A stretch of 64,000 bases of DNA from Candidatus Giovannonibacteria bacterium (GCA_016432405.1 CP066687.1:411040-475039), one strand, 5' to 3'. Positions 28,115 to 36,881 are shown, counted from the first letter of the stretch. A program made the numbers and translations. The notes: a model not told the origin generated them from the sequence alone.

Positions 28115-28844
28115 TGTCGGAAATTAAAGGCACAAACACAAAACCGGGATGCTCGGTCGCATCAAATTTATGCGCTGTATTAGCGGGCGCGGTTTTATTT
28201 TTTTTAATAAACCCACACACCAAACAGTTTGGTGTGTGGGTAAATTCAAAAATACTGCCGCCGATAGGGGCGACGATTTTGCCGCCGATTTTTAATTGAT
28301 TCCGCCAAGTAGCCGGCAAATGCCCCAAACCCAAATGCCCCAAACCTGGTTTGGGGCTAGCGGAGGCCGCGGCGATTATTTTATCAAAGCCACCTATTTT
28401 TTGAGCAATTTCAGGGAGACCCGGAACGCCGTCCTGGCAATAAAACCTTACCTCCCCCCTCCCTTCCTTATTAAGGAGGGGATTTAAGGGGAGGTTAAAA
28501 AACTCCTCAAAATTTTCTTTTCCGAATTTACAAAGTTCCGGCACCCTTTCAATCGCGTAGACATTTGCGCCTACATAGGCCAAAAGCGCCGTCTGCCAGC
28601 CGGAGCCGTAGCCAACCTCCATAATATTATCCCCGGACTCCGGGTTTAAAAGCTCAAGCATAAAAGCCACCGTCCACGGCTGGGAAATCGTCTGCCCCTC
28701 ACCTATCGCAAGCGGCTCATCAATATATGCGTAATCCTCAAATTCTTTTGGCACAAAATTTTTTCTATCAACTGCCCGGAACGCCTCAATCAGCCGAGGT
28801 GTTTTCAGAACTCCTCTTTTGATTAAATTGTCAGCTAAAGCCAT
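28098..28844 (-). CDS. pcm: Protein-L-isoaspartate O-methyltransferase with several palindromic inserts
   Basis: VDRKNFVP, AYIDEPLAIGEGQTISQP, EVGYGSGWQTALL, QLKIGGKIVAP, FVFVPL. Confidence 0.93.
   Translation of the reverse strand: MALADNLIKRGVLKTPRLIEAFRAVDRKNFVPKEFEDYAYIDEPLAIGEGQTISQPWTVAFMLELLNPESGDNIMEVGYGSGWQTALLAYVGANVYAIERVPELCKFGKENFEEFFNLPLNPLLNKEGRGEVRFYCQDGVPGLPEIAQKIGGFDKIIAAASASPKPGLGHLGLGHLPATWRNQLKIGGKIVAPIGGSIFEFTHTPNCLVCGFIKKNKTAPANTAHKFDATEHPGFVFVPLISDNDSKR
28211..28241. repeat. Perfect 31-nt palindrome in frame in pcm
   Basis: acccacacaccaaac-a-gtttggtgtgtgggt. Confidence 0.9.
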
Positions 28845-28850
28845 ACCAAA

Positions 28851-29545
28851 TGTCCGAAACTTAGTTTCGGTCATCTAATGTATAATTATCATTTCTGGCG
28901 GTTTCAATAAAACGTCTCACCTCTCTTCTATCAGAATCAAAATAATTGAGCAGGAAATCTGTCTTCAACAACTCCCCCCACCTGTTTTCGCCTATGTAAT
29001 CCTGGAAGCTGGACCAAGGATATTTATGCTCCCGTCTTTTCCAACCCTTGATATCTTTGGGATTAAGATGCGCATATGCCAGTGCTCGCAACAAATAATT
29101 ATCGCCGTTTAAATATTTAGCATCAAAAGTTCTTTCAAAAACATGCCCGCGTCTTTTATACTTCAAATTAAAGTATTTTGCATAGCTAACAAGTAGTTTG
29201 TGCATAAATAAAGAAACGTTGCCGTCTTCTTTTTCACGCAAAATTAAATGAAAGTGATTCGGCATAAAACAAAAGCCGACTATATCTATTAAATTATCTC
29301 CGATATCTATCTTTCTATTCCTTATGTCCGAAACTAAGTTTAGGTCAGGAAAGCGGTCCAGGTGTGAAATATCGCGTTTTCCATTAGCCGCAAATAAAGT
29401 AGTTAAAAATCGTTTGTAGTCGCGGTCGGTACCAAACAAAGCCACATCGCCAATGGCGTGAGAATAAACATGATAATGTTCCCCTTCCGTAAAAGCGTAC
29501 TTACGCATAATGCTCATATTATTGTCTGAAACTTAGTTTCGGTCA
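28851..29545 (-). mobile_element. RAYT-like cassette 3 bounded by TGTCCGAAACT-N-AGTTTCGGTCA palindromes
   Basis: Copies at 28851-28873 (over the stop codon), 29325-29347 (internal) and 29523-29545 (upstream). Confidence 0.85.
28861..29508 (-). CDS. RAYT/Y1 HUH transposase 3
   Basis: YHVYSH, CFMPNHFHL, YAKYFN, YAHLNP, YPWSS. Confidence 0.9.
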   Translation of the reverse strand: MRKYAFTEGEHYHVYSHAIGDVALFGTDRDYKRFLTTLFAANGKRDISHLDRFPDLNLVSDIRNRKIDIGDNLIDIVGFCFMPNHFHLILREKEDGNVSLFMHKLLVSYAKYFNLKYKRRGHVFERTFDAKYLNGDNYLLRALAYAHLNPKDIKGWKRREHKYPWSSFQDYIGENRWGELLKTDFLLNYFDSDRREVRRFIETARNDNYTLDDRN

Positions 29546-29613
29546 AGTTTCAATTAAATCATCCACAGGCGCCTATTTTCAATGTTAACACCCCGTGGTA
29601 AAATTAGAATAAC

Positions 29614-29865
29614 GTGGAGATTCAAGATGTTAAAACAAAACTGGTTTTGGCGGCCATCCTGCTTGTAGCAGTCGCGGCCGGAGCTTGGTATTGGTTTGCG
29701 GGAAGGCCCAAGCCGATTAAAACCCCTGAAGATATTGTTGAGGCAGTGACGAACCCGAATCTGGAGGTGCCCTCAAATCCGGTTCAAAATAAAGTGCCGG
29801 AGCTAAATCCGATTGACCGGGCAAACCCATTTAAAGACGCTTATAAGAATCCTTTCGCGGAGTAA
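29614..29865 (+). CDS. Small membrane-anchored hypothetical protein
   Basis: TM segment, C-terminal NPF..YKNPF. Confidence 0.7.
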   Translation: MEIQDVKTKLVLAAILLVAVAAGAWYWFAGRPKPIKTPEDIVEAVTNPNLEVPSNPVQNKVPELNPIDRANPFKDAYKNPFAE

Positions 29866-29873
29866 AATAAAAT

Positions 29874-31853
29874 ATGAAAAAAGCGATAATTTTGGCAGGA
29901 TTATTAATCGCCGCGATGCAGGTAAGCGCCGGCGGCGGCAATGCTTCCTTTTCGCTCCAAAAAGACAAGAGCACCGACCTTTTTATATTGAATATGCGCG
30001 ACTCCCAAGGCATCCGCAGTTTCGCCCTTGTTTTCCCGACAGACAAGCTCCCCTACAGCGGCGATCTGAACGGGTGCCCCCAAAGCCGCAAAATAGACAA
30101 TGTTTTGATAAACGAAATCTCCGATTTTAAGCCGATGATGAAAGCGGTAATCGTTGACTGCCGCGGAGAGGAAACGGAATTTGAAATAACCGCGCCGGTA
30201 GGCGGAGTGGCCCAGGTTAAAAAAGTTGAGCCGCCTCCACCCCCGCCGCCTCCGCCACCGCCTCCGCCGCCTTCTCCCCTCCCGACGCCCGCCGAAGGCG
30301 GGGTCGGGACTCCGACTACAGAAGTTTCTAAAACAAACGTTGGAGCAGCCACGCCGGCAACTTTAGAATACCCGATTAAAGAACTTGGCGGGTGCGAGAG
30401 TCAGGAGGCCTGCAAAACTTATTGCGACGCCCCGGCGAACCTTGAGCGCTGCATCGCCTTCGCCGAAACAAACGGGCTTTTAACGAAAAGTGAAATTGAA
30501 CGCGGCAAAAAATTCGCCGCGATAGTCAAATCCGGCGGCGGGCCAGGAGGATGCAAAACCGAGGCATCCTGCAAGGATTACTGCAACGACGTGGGGCGGC
30601 TTGACGAGTGCGTCGCTTTCGCGGAAAATAGCGGCCTGGTTTCCGGCGCGGAGCTGGAAGAGATGAAAAAAATTCAAAACGTCGTTAAGCGCGGGACTAA
30701 ATTCCCCGGCAACTGCACCAACCGCGCCGCCTGCGAGCTTTACTGCAAGACACCGGAGCACGCGGACGAATGCGTTGCTTTCGCCAAAGAAGCCGGATTC
30801 ATGAGCGAAGAGGAATCCAGAGAAATGGAGAAAATTCTTCCCTTAATGAGAAGCGGCCAGATGCCCGGCGGATGCACATCAAAAGAATTATGCGAGGCGT
30901 ACTGCGAAGACGAGGGGCATTTTGACGAATGCGTCGCTTTCGCCCAAAAGGCGGGATTGGTGTCAGAAAAAGAGCTTGAGATAATGCGAAAAACCGGCGG
31001 CAAGGGCCCGGGCGGCTGCCGCGGAAGGGCATGCCAGACGTTTTGCGAAAATCCGGCAAACCAGCAGGCCTGTTTTGAATTCGGCAAACAGTACGGCCTT
31101 ATCTCGGAAGAGGACTTAAGCAGAATGGAAGAAGGTAAGCGGCTCATCCGCGAACAGCTTGAAAGCGGGCCTCCGGAAGTTCAGGAATGCCTTAAGTCGG
31201 TGGTGGACGTGACCGTTTTAGAATCAGAGGGTTTCGCGGGCGGGCCGGAATTGGGCGAAAAGATGAAAGAGTGTTTCGAAAAAATGATTCCAGAAGGCAT
31301 GGAAGGGAAATTTGAGTTTGGCGCAAACGGAGAATTTAAAGGCCCGGGCGATTGCAAGTCGCGCGAGGAGTGCGAGACATATTGCACATCAAATCCGGAA
31401 GCATGCGGCGAGAGCGGTGACCGCGGCGGCGAGGAATGTGTAAAACAAGGGGGCAGTTGGAACGGCGAAACTTGTAATTTCCCCGGCAGTGATCGCGGCA
31501 CAGAAGAATGCGCCAAGCAGGGAGGAACCTGGGACGGAACAAATTGTAATTACCCCCACATTGAACGCGGCGGCGAGGAATGTGTAAAACAAGGGGGCAG
31601 TTGGGACGGGGCGAACTGCGATTTTTCTAACTCACAGCGACCCCCGCAACAGCCGCCATCACAAGAGCAATACCAGCAACAATATCAACAGCAATACCAA
31701 CAGCAGTATCAGGAAGAGGTTCGGAAGCAATGCGAATCCCAGGGCGGAGTTTGGGACGGCGCTCAATGCAAAGCCCCCACAAATTTCCAGCAACCGCCAG
31801 CGGAACTCTCGCCCGGCTCGGCGCTGGACGCTCTGTTGCGGCTGGTCAGGTAA
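29874..31853 (+). CDS. Secreted Cys-rich repeat protein
   Basis: Signal peptide, poly-Pro linker, ~6 GxC-x5-CxxYC units, four CxxQGGxWxGxxC units, Gln-rich tract. Confidence 0.85.
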   Translation: MKKAIILAGLLIAAMQVSAGGGNASFSLQKDKSTDLFILNMRDSQGIRSFALVFPTDKLPYSGDLNGCPQSRKIDNVLINEISDFKPMMKAVIVDCRGEETEFEITAPVGGVAQVKKVEPPPPPPPPPPPPPPSPLPTPAEGGVGTPTTEVSKTNVGAATPATLEYPIKELGGCESQEACKTYCDAPANLERCIAFAETNGLLTKSEIERGKKFAAIVKSGGGPGGCKTEASCKDYCNDVGRLDECVAFAENSGLVSGAELEEMKKIQNVVKRGTKFPGNCTNRAACELYCKTPEHADECVAFAKEAGFMSEEESREMEKILPLMRSGQMPGGCTSKELCEAYCEDEGHFDECVAFAQKAGLVSEKELEIMRKTGGKGPGGCRGRACQTFCENPANQQACFEFGKQYGLISEEDLSRMEEGKRLIREQLESGPPEVQECLKSVVDVTVLESEGFAGGPELGEKMKECFEKMIPEGMEGKFEFGANGEFKGPGDCKSREECETYCTSNPEACGESGDRGGEECVKQGGSWNGETCNFPGSDRGTEECAKQGGTWDGTNCNYPHIERGGEECVKQGGSWDGANCDFSNSQRPPQQPPSQEQYQQQYQQQYQQQYQEEVRKQCESQGGVWDGAQCKAPTNFQQPPAELSPGSALDALLRLVR

Positions 31854-31870
31854 TCTGTTAAAATGCTTCT

Positions 31871-32029
31871 ATGTCTCAAGACAATCTGATAAAATTGCAG
31901 TGCCAAAGCTGCAAAAGAATCGGCTATTGGTCAAGCAAAAATAAGAAAACAGTGGAACGCAAAATTGAGCTAAGTAAGTTCTGCAAATGGTGTCGGAAAC
32001 ATACCACACACAAAGAAGGTAAAAAGTAA
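31871..32029 (+). CDS. rpmG: 50S ribosomal protein L33 (not in ORF track)
   Basis: MSQDNLIKLQCQSCKRIGYWSSKNKKTVERKIELSKFCKWCRKHTTHKEGKK. Confidence 0.95.
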   Translation: MSQDNLIKLQCQSCKRIGYWSSKNKKTVERKIELSKFCKWCRKHTTHKEGKK

Positions 32030-32033
32030 GCAA

Positions 32034-32077
32034 CCCCGACGCCTAGAAGGGTCGGGGCTCCGACCGAAGCGTCGGAG
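32034..32077. repeat. CCGAC/GTCGG double-hairpin element
   Basis: ccccgac-N10-gtcgggg-ctccgac-cgaagc-gtcggag. Confidence 0.85.
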
Positions 32078-32120
32078 ATGGTGCAGAAAGCATACGGAGC
32101 ACAAAGAAGGGAAAAAATAA
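32076..32120 (+). pseudogene. Diverged duplicate of the rpmG 3' end
   Basis: Encodes RWCRKHTEHKEGKK* versus KWCRKHTTHKEGKK* in rpmG. Confidence 0.85.
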
Positions 32121-32135
32121 ATTGTCTACTTACAT

Positions 32136-32921
32136 CTAGTTCTGTTCGATTAGTAGTACACGAATAGGTATGCCGAGTGTATTGGTAGTTTTATTAAATA
32201 TTGCCGTCACAAAAACTTTTAGTTGAGAACTCAAACCTTGCCTAGACCAAGCACGGGCATAAGCTACACAATTTGGCTCCAAAACAACATCTTTAAAACC
32301 AGGCAAGCTTCCAAATCCCTCAATCAAATCTCTATTAATAGCCAACACACGTCCCTCACGAAGAATAATCACCTTATTACTCCCTTCGTAAGCAATACAA
32401 ATATTTTCCGTTTGATTTGGGGCATTAGCACCCATTTTAATTTCAAGAGACTTTAATAAACCTAGACCCTTATCAGAAACCAAAAAAGACAACGATCTAG
32501 GTTGCCCCCCTCCGATAACTAAGGGGATTGAAGGGAAAATATATACAGAGTAGATAATAATCCAAATTATTAAAAACAAAAATACAAATTCCAACCACAA
32601 CGATTTAAACATTCGTTCTCCTATTTTTTTAAAAAACAAACCAAAATCATTGGCATGACAATAAATATTGATAAAAAAATAACTCAGAAGCTTTCCTAAT
32701 ACTTTTAAAATAGAGAAAAGAATTATAGTTAGGAAAAAGAAAAAAAATCCAGTTATAATAAATCTTGCTTTAATAATTTCGTCTTCAATAAAACCCAGAG
32801 TATAAAGGTAAACATTCCAAATCACGAAACCAAATACTAAAAGTGTTATCGATATGATAGAGAAATAAAGTACCAAGTTTTTACTTTCAAGTATTTTAAC
32901 TATTAAATTAAAAACTCTCAT
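32136..32921 (-). CDS. Low-GC multi-pass membrane hypothetical protein
   Basis: 261-aa AT-rich ORF with three TM segments and a GGGQP motif; abuts tRNA-Trp 3' end. Confidence 0.7.
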   Translation of the reverse strand: MRVFNLIVKILESKNLVLYFSIISITLLVFGFVIWNVYLYTLGFIEDEIIKARFIITGFFFFFLTIILFSILKVLGKLLSYFFINIYCHANDFGLFFKKIGERMFKSLWLEFVFLFLIIWIIIYSVYIFPSIPLVIGGGQPRSLSFLVSDKGLGLLKSLEIKMGANAPNQTENICIAYEGSNKVIILREGRVLAINRDLIEGFGSLPGFKDVVLEPNCVAYARAWSRQGLSSQLKVFVTAIFNKTTNTLGIPIRVLLIEQN

Positions 32922-32994
32922 GGCGGGAGATGAGGGAATCGAACCCCCGATAGCGGTTTTGGAGACCGCAGTTATGCCACTTAACTAATCTCCC
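32921..32994 (-). tRNA. tRNA-Trp(CCA)
   Basis: GGGAGAT/ATCTCCC acceptor stem, CTCCAAA anticodon loop, TTCGATT T-loop, encoded CCA. Confidence 0.95.
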
Positions 32995-33080
32995 ATCAAA
33001 AAGATTATAACAAAAAATAAGAAACCCGGCTAGAGGCCGGGGATTTTTATTTGATTGAATATCGGTTAAAATTAGTATTT

Positions 33081-34049
33081 ATGAATAAGGCGGTCAAAAT
33101 TACGCTTTTGATTGCCGCGATCGCGGCTCTTGTTTACGCCTTCCGTGGGCAGATTCAAGAAAAAATCAGCGGAAAAATTGAGCTTCCGCTGGCGAATTTT
33201 GAGCTGCCGTTCTCCGCCCCCCTCTCCCCTTGCCAAAAACCGATTGCTTACGGCTTGGGAGCATTTGACGAAAAATTCGGCCTTACCCAAAAAGATTTTT
33301 TGGACGCCGTATCCAAATCCGAAGACGTCTGGGAGCGCCCGATGGCGCTGGAGCTTTTTTCTTACAAGCCGGGCGGAGCGCTTAAAATAAATCTCATCTA
33401 TGACTACCGCCAGGACGCGACTTTGAAACTCCAAAAACTGGGAATCGCGGTTAAAGACACGAAGTCCTCCTACGAAACGGTTAAAGCGCAGTACGAAGCA
33501 ATGAAAGTTTCTTACGGAACCCTTAAAACGGCGTACGAAAAGCGCTTTGCCGAGTTTGAAGCGCGCCAAGAGGATTACAACGCCGAAGTGGCATCATGGA
33601 ACCGGCGCGGAGGCGCGCCTAAAGATGTCTACGACCGCCTGACGGCGGAAAAAAACGCGCTTGACCAGGAATTTTCAAAAATAAAAGCGCTGGAAGCAGA
33701 GCTCAACGCAAAAGTAGACGACATAAACGCCTTTGTCGTCGTGCTGAATAGATTGGCGCAGACGCTCAACCTCAACGTCGCAAAATACAACGAAATCGGC
33801 GGCAGCGCCGGGCGAGAGTTTGAAGAAGGAACCTACCGGAGCGGCTCCGGGGGCGAGCAAATAGACATTTACCAGTTTGACAGCCGGCAAAAATTGGTAA
33901 GGGTGCTGGCGCACGAGCTTGGGCACGCGTTGGGGCTGGAGCATCTGGAAAACTCCAAAGCGATAATGTACCGCCTAAACAGCGGGGCAAACGAAACCGC
34001 AACCCCCGACGACCTTGCGGCGCTGAAGGCGCTCTGCGAGATAAAATAA
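33081..34049 (+). CDS. Matrixin-like (M10) zinc metalloprotease with coiled-coil insert
   Basis: HELGHALGLEH, AIMY Met-turn. Confidence 0.85.
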   Translation: MNKAVKITLLIAAIAALVYAFRGQIQEKISGKIELPLANFELPFSAPLSPCQKPIAYGLGAFDEKFGLTQKDFLDAVSKSEDVWERPMALELFSYKPGGALKINLIYDYRQDATLKLQKLGIAVKDTKSSYETVKAQYEAMKVSYGTLKTAYEKRFAEFEARQEDYNAEVASWNRRGGAPKDVYDRLTAEKNALDQEFSKIKALEAELNAKVDDINAFVVVLNRLAQTLNLNVAKYNEIGGSAGREFEEGTYRSGSGGEQIDIYQFDSRQKLVRVLAHELGHALGLEHLENSKAIMYRLNSGANETATPDDLAALKALCEIK

Positions 34050-34356
34050 AAGGTGGCGGCACATAGCCGCCCGCTTCAGATTCTTTTTACAAACCGGGGC
34101 TGATTAAAAATAAGCGGTTTGATCTCGCTCTATGTCTCATAATTGCGCTCCTTCCAACGAACAAATACTAAAACAAGTTTAACGCGCAGCGCCGAGAAAG
34201 TCAATTGCTAAAATTGTTGTGTTTTTTATTTTGGTTTGCTATCATTTGAATGTATATGCAAACGAAAGATATTCAGAAAATTAAAAAAAACTGAAAGACC
34301 GAAAGGCAATTCTCCGATGCACCAATGCTTAAGGAGCGACTTGTAACCTAAACACT

Positions 34357-35781
34357 ATGAAAAATTTTGACTTAATCATCATCGGCGGCGGAGCGGGCGC
34401 GTTTGCCGCCGCTATCCGCGCCAATGAGCTAAAAGCGAAAACGGCGATTGTGAATGCCGGACTGCCGCTCGGCGGCACCTGCGTCAATGTTGGGTGCGTA
34501 CCGTCAAAGACGCTTCTTTACGCTGGTGAAGTGTTACATCACGCCAAACATCACGGCGTTCCCGGCGTTGAGCTTGAAGTGAAAAATTTTGATTTTCAAA
34601 AAGTCGTGCAAGACGAGCTCTCGCTTGTGGAAAAATTGCGTCAAGAGAAATACGAAAAAGTATTAAAAAATTTAGAGCATGTAACCGCCATCGAGGGCAA
34701 AGCAAAATTTGTTTCTCAAAACGAGGTAGAGGTGAATGGAGAAAAGTTGAGTGCGGAAAAATTTATTATCGCTGCCGGATCAACAGCAACAGTGCCGCCC
34801 ATAGAAAATATCCGCGAAGTCGGATTCGTTACGCATATTGAAGCGTTGCGACTTCCGCGCCAGCCGAAAGAGCTAGTTATCATCGGCGCGGGACCGCTTG
34901 GCTTAGAGTTTGCCCAGATGTTCGCTCGCTTTGGCACGAAAGTAACTGTTTTACAGCGCGGCGATTCAATTTTACCGCACTCTGAAAAAACTCTCACCGA
35001 TCGTCTCACCGAAATCCTCTCAAAAGAAGGAATTACTATCAAAACAAATGTTGAGGTAAAAAGCGCCCGCCTGCGCCAAGGCTCCGGCGGGCAAGCGCGC
35101 AAAGTATTGACATGCACACAAACCGACCTGTCCGCCGAAACTTCAGTGGAGGCGGATGAAATACTTTTAGCGGCAGGCAAAACGCCCAACACGCAAGGAC
35201 TCGGTCTCGATGTTGTTGGCGTTGAAATTGATAAACGGCAAGCAATCGTTGTCAATCAAAATTTCCAAACAACCGATAAAAACATTTTTGCAGTCGGCGA
35301 TGTTACAAACGGCCCCTTGCGGCTTGAGCCGACCGCCGGACGCGAGGGCACGCTTGCGGCAGAAAACGCACTCAAAGGTGCGGCACTTTCGATTGATTAC
35401 AACGCCGTACCCTACACCATTTTTACCGACCCCCAACTTGCGGGTGTCGGCTTTACCGAAGACGAGCAGATGAAGCAAATGGGCGTTTGTGCCTGCCGCA
35501 CGGTTTCGTTTGAAAATGTGCCGAAAGCGATTCTAATGCACCGCACCGAGGGAATGATAAAAATGGCAATTCACCCGCAAACAAAACAAATTCTCGGCGT
35601 GCATATTCTTGCGCCGAACGCCGGTGAGCTGATCGCCGAAGCGATGATGCTGGTAAAAAACAAAAATACGATTGACGATGTGGTGAATTCTCTCCCGATG
35701 TTCCCGACGCTTTCCGAGGCGATAAAGATTGTCGCACTCTCATTTACCAAAGATATTTCCAAATTAAGCTGTTGTATATGA
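34357..35781 (+). CDS. merA: Mercuric reductase (no NmerA domain)
   Basis: GGTCVNVGCVPSK, FTDPQ, FPTLSE, C-terminal LSCC. Confidence 0.92.
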   Translation: MKNFDLIIIGGGAGAFAAAIRANELKAKTAIVNAGLPLGGTCVNVGCVPSKTLLYAGEVLHHAKHHGVPGVELEVKNFDFQKVVQDELSLVEKLRQEKYEKVLKNLEHVTAIEGKAKFVSQNEVEVNGEKLSAEKFIIAAGSTATVPPIENIREVGFVTHIEALRLPRQPKELVIIGAGPLGLEFAQMFARFGTKVTVLQRGDSILPHSEKTLTDRLTEILSKEGITIKTNVEVKSARLRQGSGGQARKVLTCTQTDLSAETSVEADEILLAAGKTPNTQGLGLDVVGVEIDKRQAIVVNQNFQTTDKNIFAVGDVTNGPLRLEPTAGREGTLAAENALKGAALSIDYNAVPYTIFTDPQLAGVGFTEDEQMKQMGVCACRTVSFENVPKAILMHRTEGMIKMAIHPQTKQILGVHILAPNAGELIAEAMMLVKNKNTIDDVVNSLPMFPTLSEAIKIVALSFTKDISKLSCCI

Positions 35782-36200
35782 AAAAATTTTTAAATCTTTT
35801 TGGAACCGGGGCATCTGGTATTATTGCCGTAGCAGTGTGTCCTTCCTGCATACCCGCTTTAGCTTCACTCGTTACCTCATTGGGGATTTGGCCATTCTTT
35901 CAACTGAAATATATGCAGCCATTGGCGATTATTGCCTTTCTTATCGGGCTTTTTGGCCTCATCTATTCTTGGCGGCGACATAAAAACTTCGTTCCTCTTA
36001 TAATTGGAATCGTCAGCATCTTTTGGCTTTATGTTGCTATATTCATCAAATTTTATACCATTCTTTACTGGCAGGTTTGGTTTCCTACGCTTTTACTAAT
36101 TTTTTCTTCCGCGATGAATCTCTACTTTGAAAAAACCTGCGCTTCTTGTAAAATATCTGCAGAGGTCGGGAAAAGCAATCAAGAAAAAATCTATGAATAA
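35778..36200 (+). CDS. MerC/MerF-like mercury transport membrane protein
   Basis: VCPSCIPALA in the first TM, WRRHK loop, C-terminal CASC; overlaps the merA stop. Confidence 0.7.
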   Translation: MKKFLNLFGTGASGIIAVAVCPSCIPALASLVTSLGIWPFFQLKYMQPLAIIAFLIGLFGLIYSWRRHKNFVPLIIGIVSIFWLYVAIFIKFYTILYWQVWFPTLLLIFSSAMNLYFEKTCASCKISAEVGKSNQEKIYE

Positions 36201-36768
36201 AAAAGTGCAATTTATAGTCGTTGGACTTTTCCTGCTATTTATCGGGGGCGTTTTTGTCCTTTCTTCAAAAGAAAAGGCTACCCCCTCTAATGTTTTAGTT
36301 CCTCAAACCTTGGCTGCAAAATTTGACTACCTTTCCAAAAACGGCAATTCGTCTTGCTCGGCCACATTCAGAGAATCAATTCCGTCAATGCCGGATACTG
36401 CTCGTCTTCAAGGTTCATGTTGCAGTCCTATGAGCATGCACCGCTACAACGAACAGATTGAAGGATTGAAAAAATATAGCAACATACCGGAAATTCCTCC
36501 TGACCCTTATGATGTTGAGGTCGGCCTCGCAAAAAAGCTGATGGGTTACTACGATATGAAACTCACGCCAGAAGAACAAAAGGTGTATGAATATGCAATG
36601 CAAAACTCCGATGAAAAAGGGCCGTGCTGTTGCAAGTGCTGGCGATGGTATGTGTATGGAGGACTGGGAAAACTTCTTATCCAAAAGTACGGTTTTACTG
36701 GCGAGCAAGTTACGGAAGTATGGAATTTGTCTGATGGCTGTGGAGGTGCAGACGATCATTTGCATTGA
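36193..36768 (+). CDS. Cys-rich membrane-anchored protein in the mer operon
   Basis: N-terminal TM; SSC, CCSPM, GPCCCKCWRW, DGCGG. Confidence 0.75.
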   Translation: MNKKVQFIVVGLFLLFIGGVFVLSSKEKATPSNVLVPQTLAAKFDYLSKNGNSSCSATFRESIPSMPDTARLQGSCCSPMSMHRYNEQIEGLKKYSNIPEIPPDPYDVEVGLAKKLMGYYDMKLTPEEQKVYEYAMQNSDEKGPCCCKCWRWYVYGGLGKLLIQKYGFTGEQVTEVWNLSDGCGGADDHLH

Positions 36769-36881
36769 TTGAAACTTTGTAAGCCCGCCAAAAAATCGTC
36801 AGCCAAGCGAGTGCATGGCGGAAAAGAGGGAGGGTATGGGGGTCACAGCACCAGAGCAAAGCTCGGAAAGTCTAATTCCGG

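Noticed and set aside
30230-30275. Poly-Pro tract (and the poly-Gly tract at ~54522-54560) as mobile repeats
   Set aside because: Mixed codons indicate ordinary low-complexity linkers.
34256-34351. TGA recoding (genetic code 25) suggested by an in-frame TGA
   Set aside because: Core genes such as lysS, rsmH and rseP end in TGA and long ORFs are intact under code 11.
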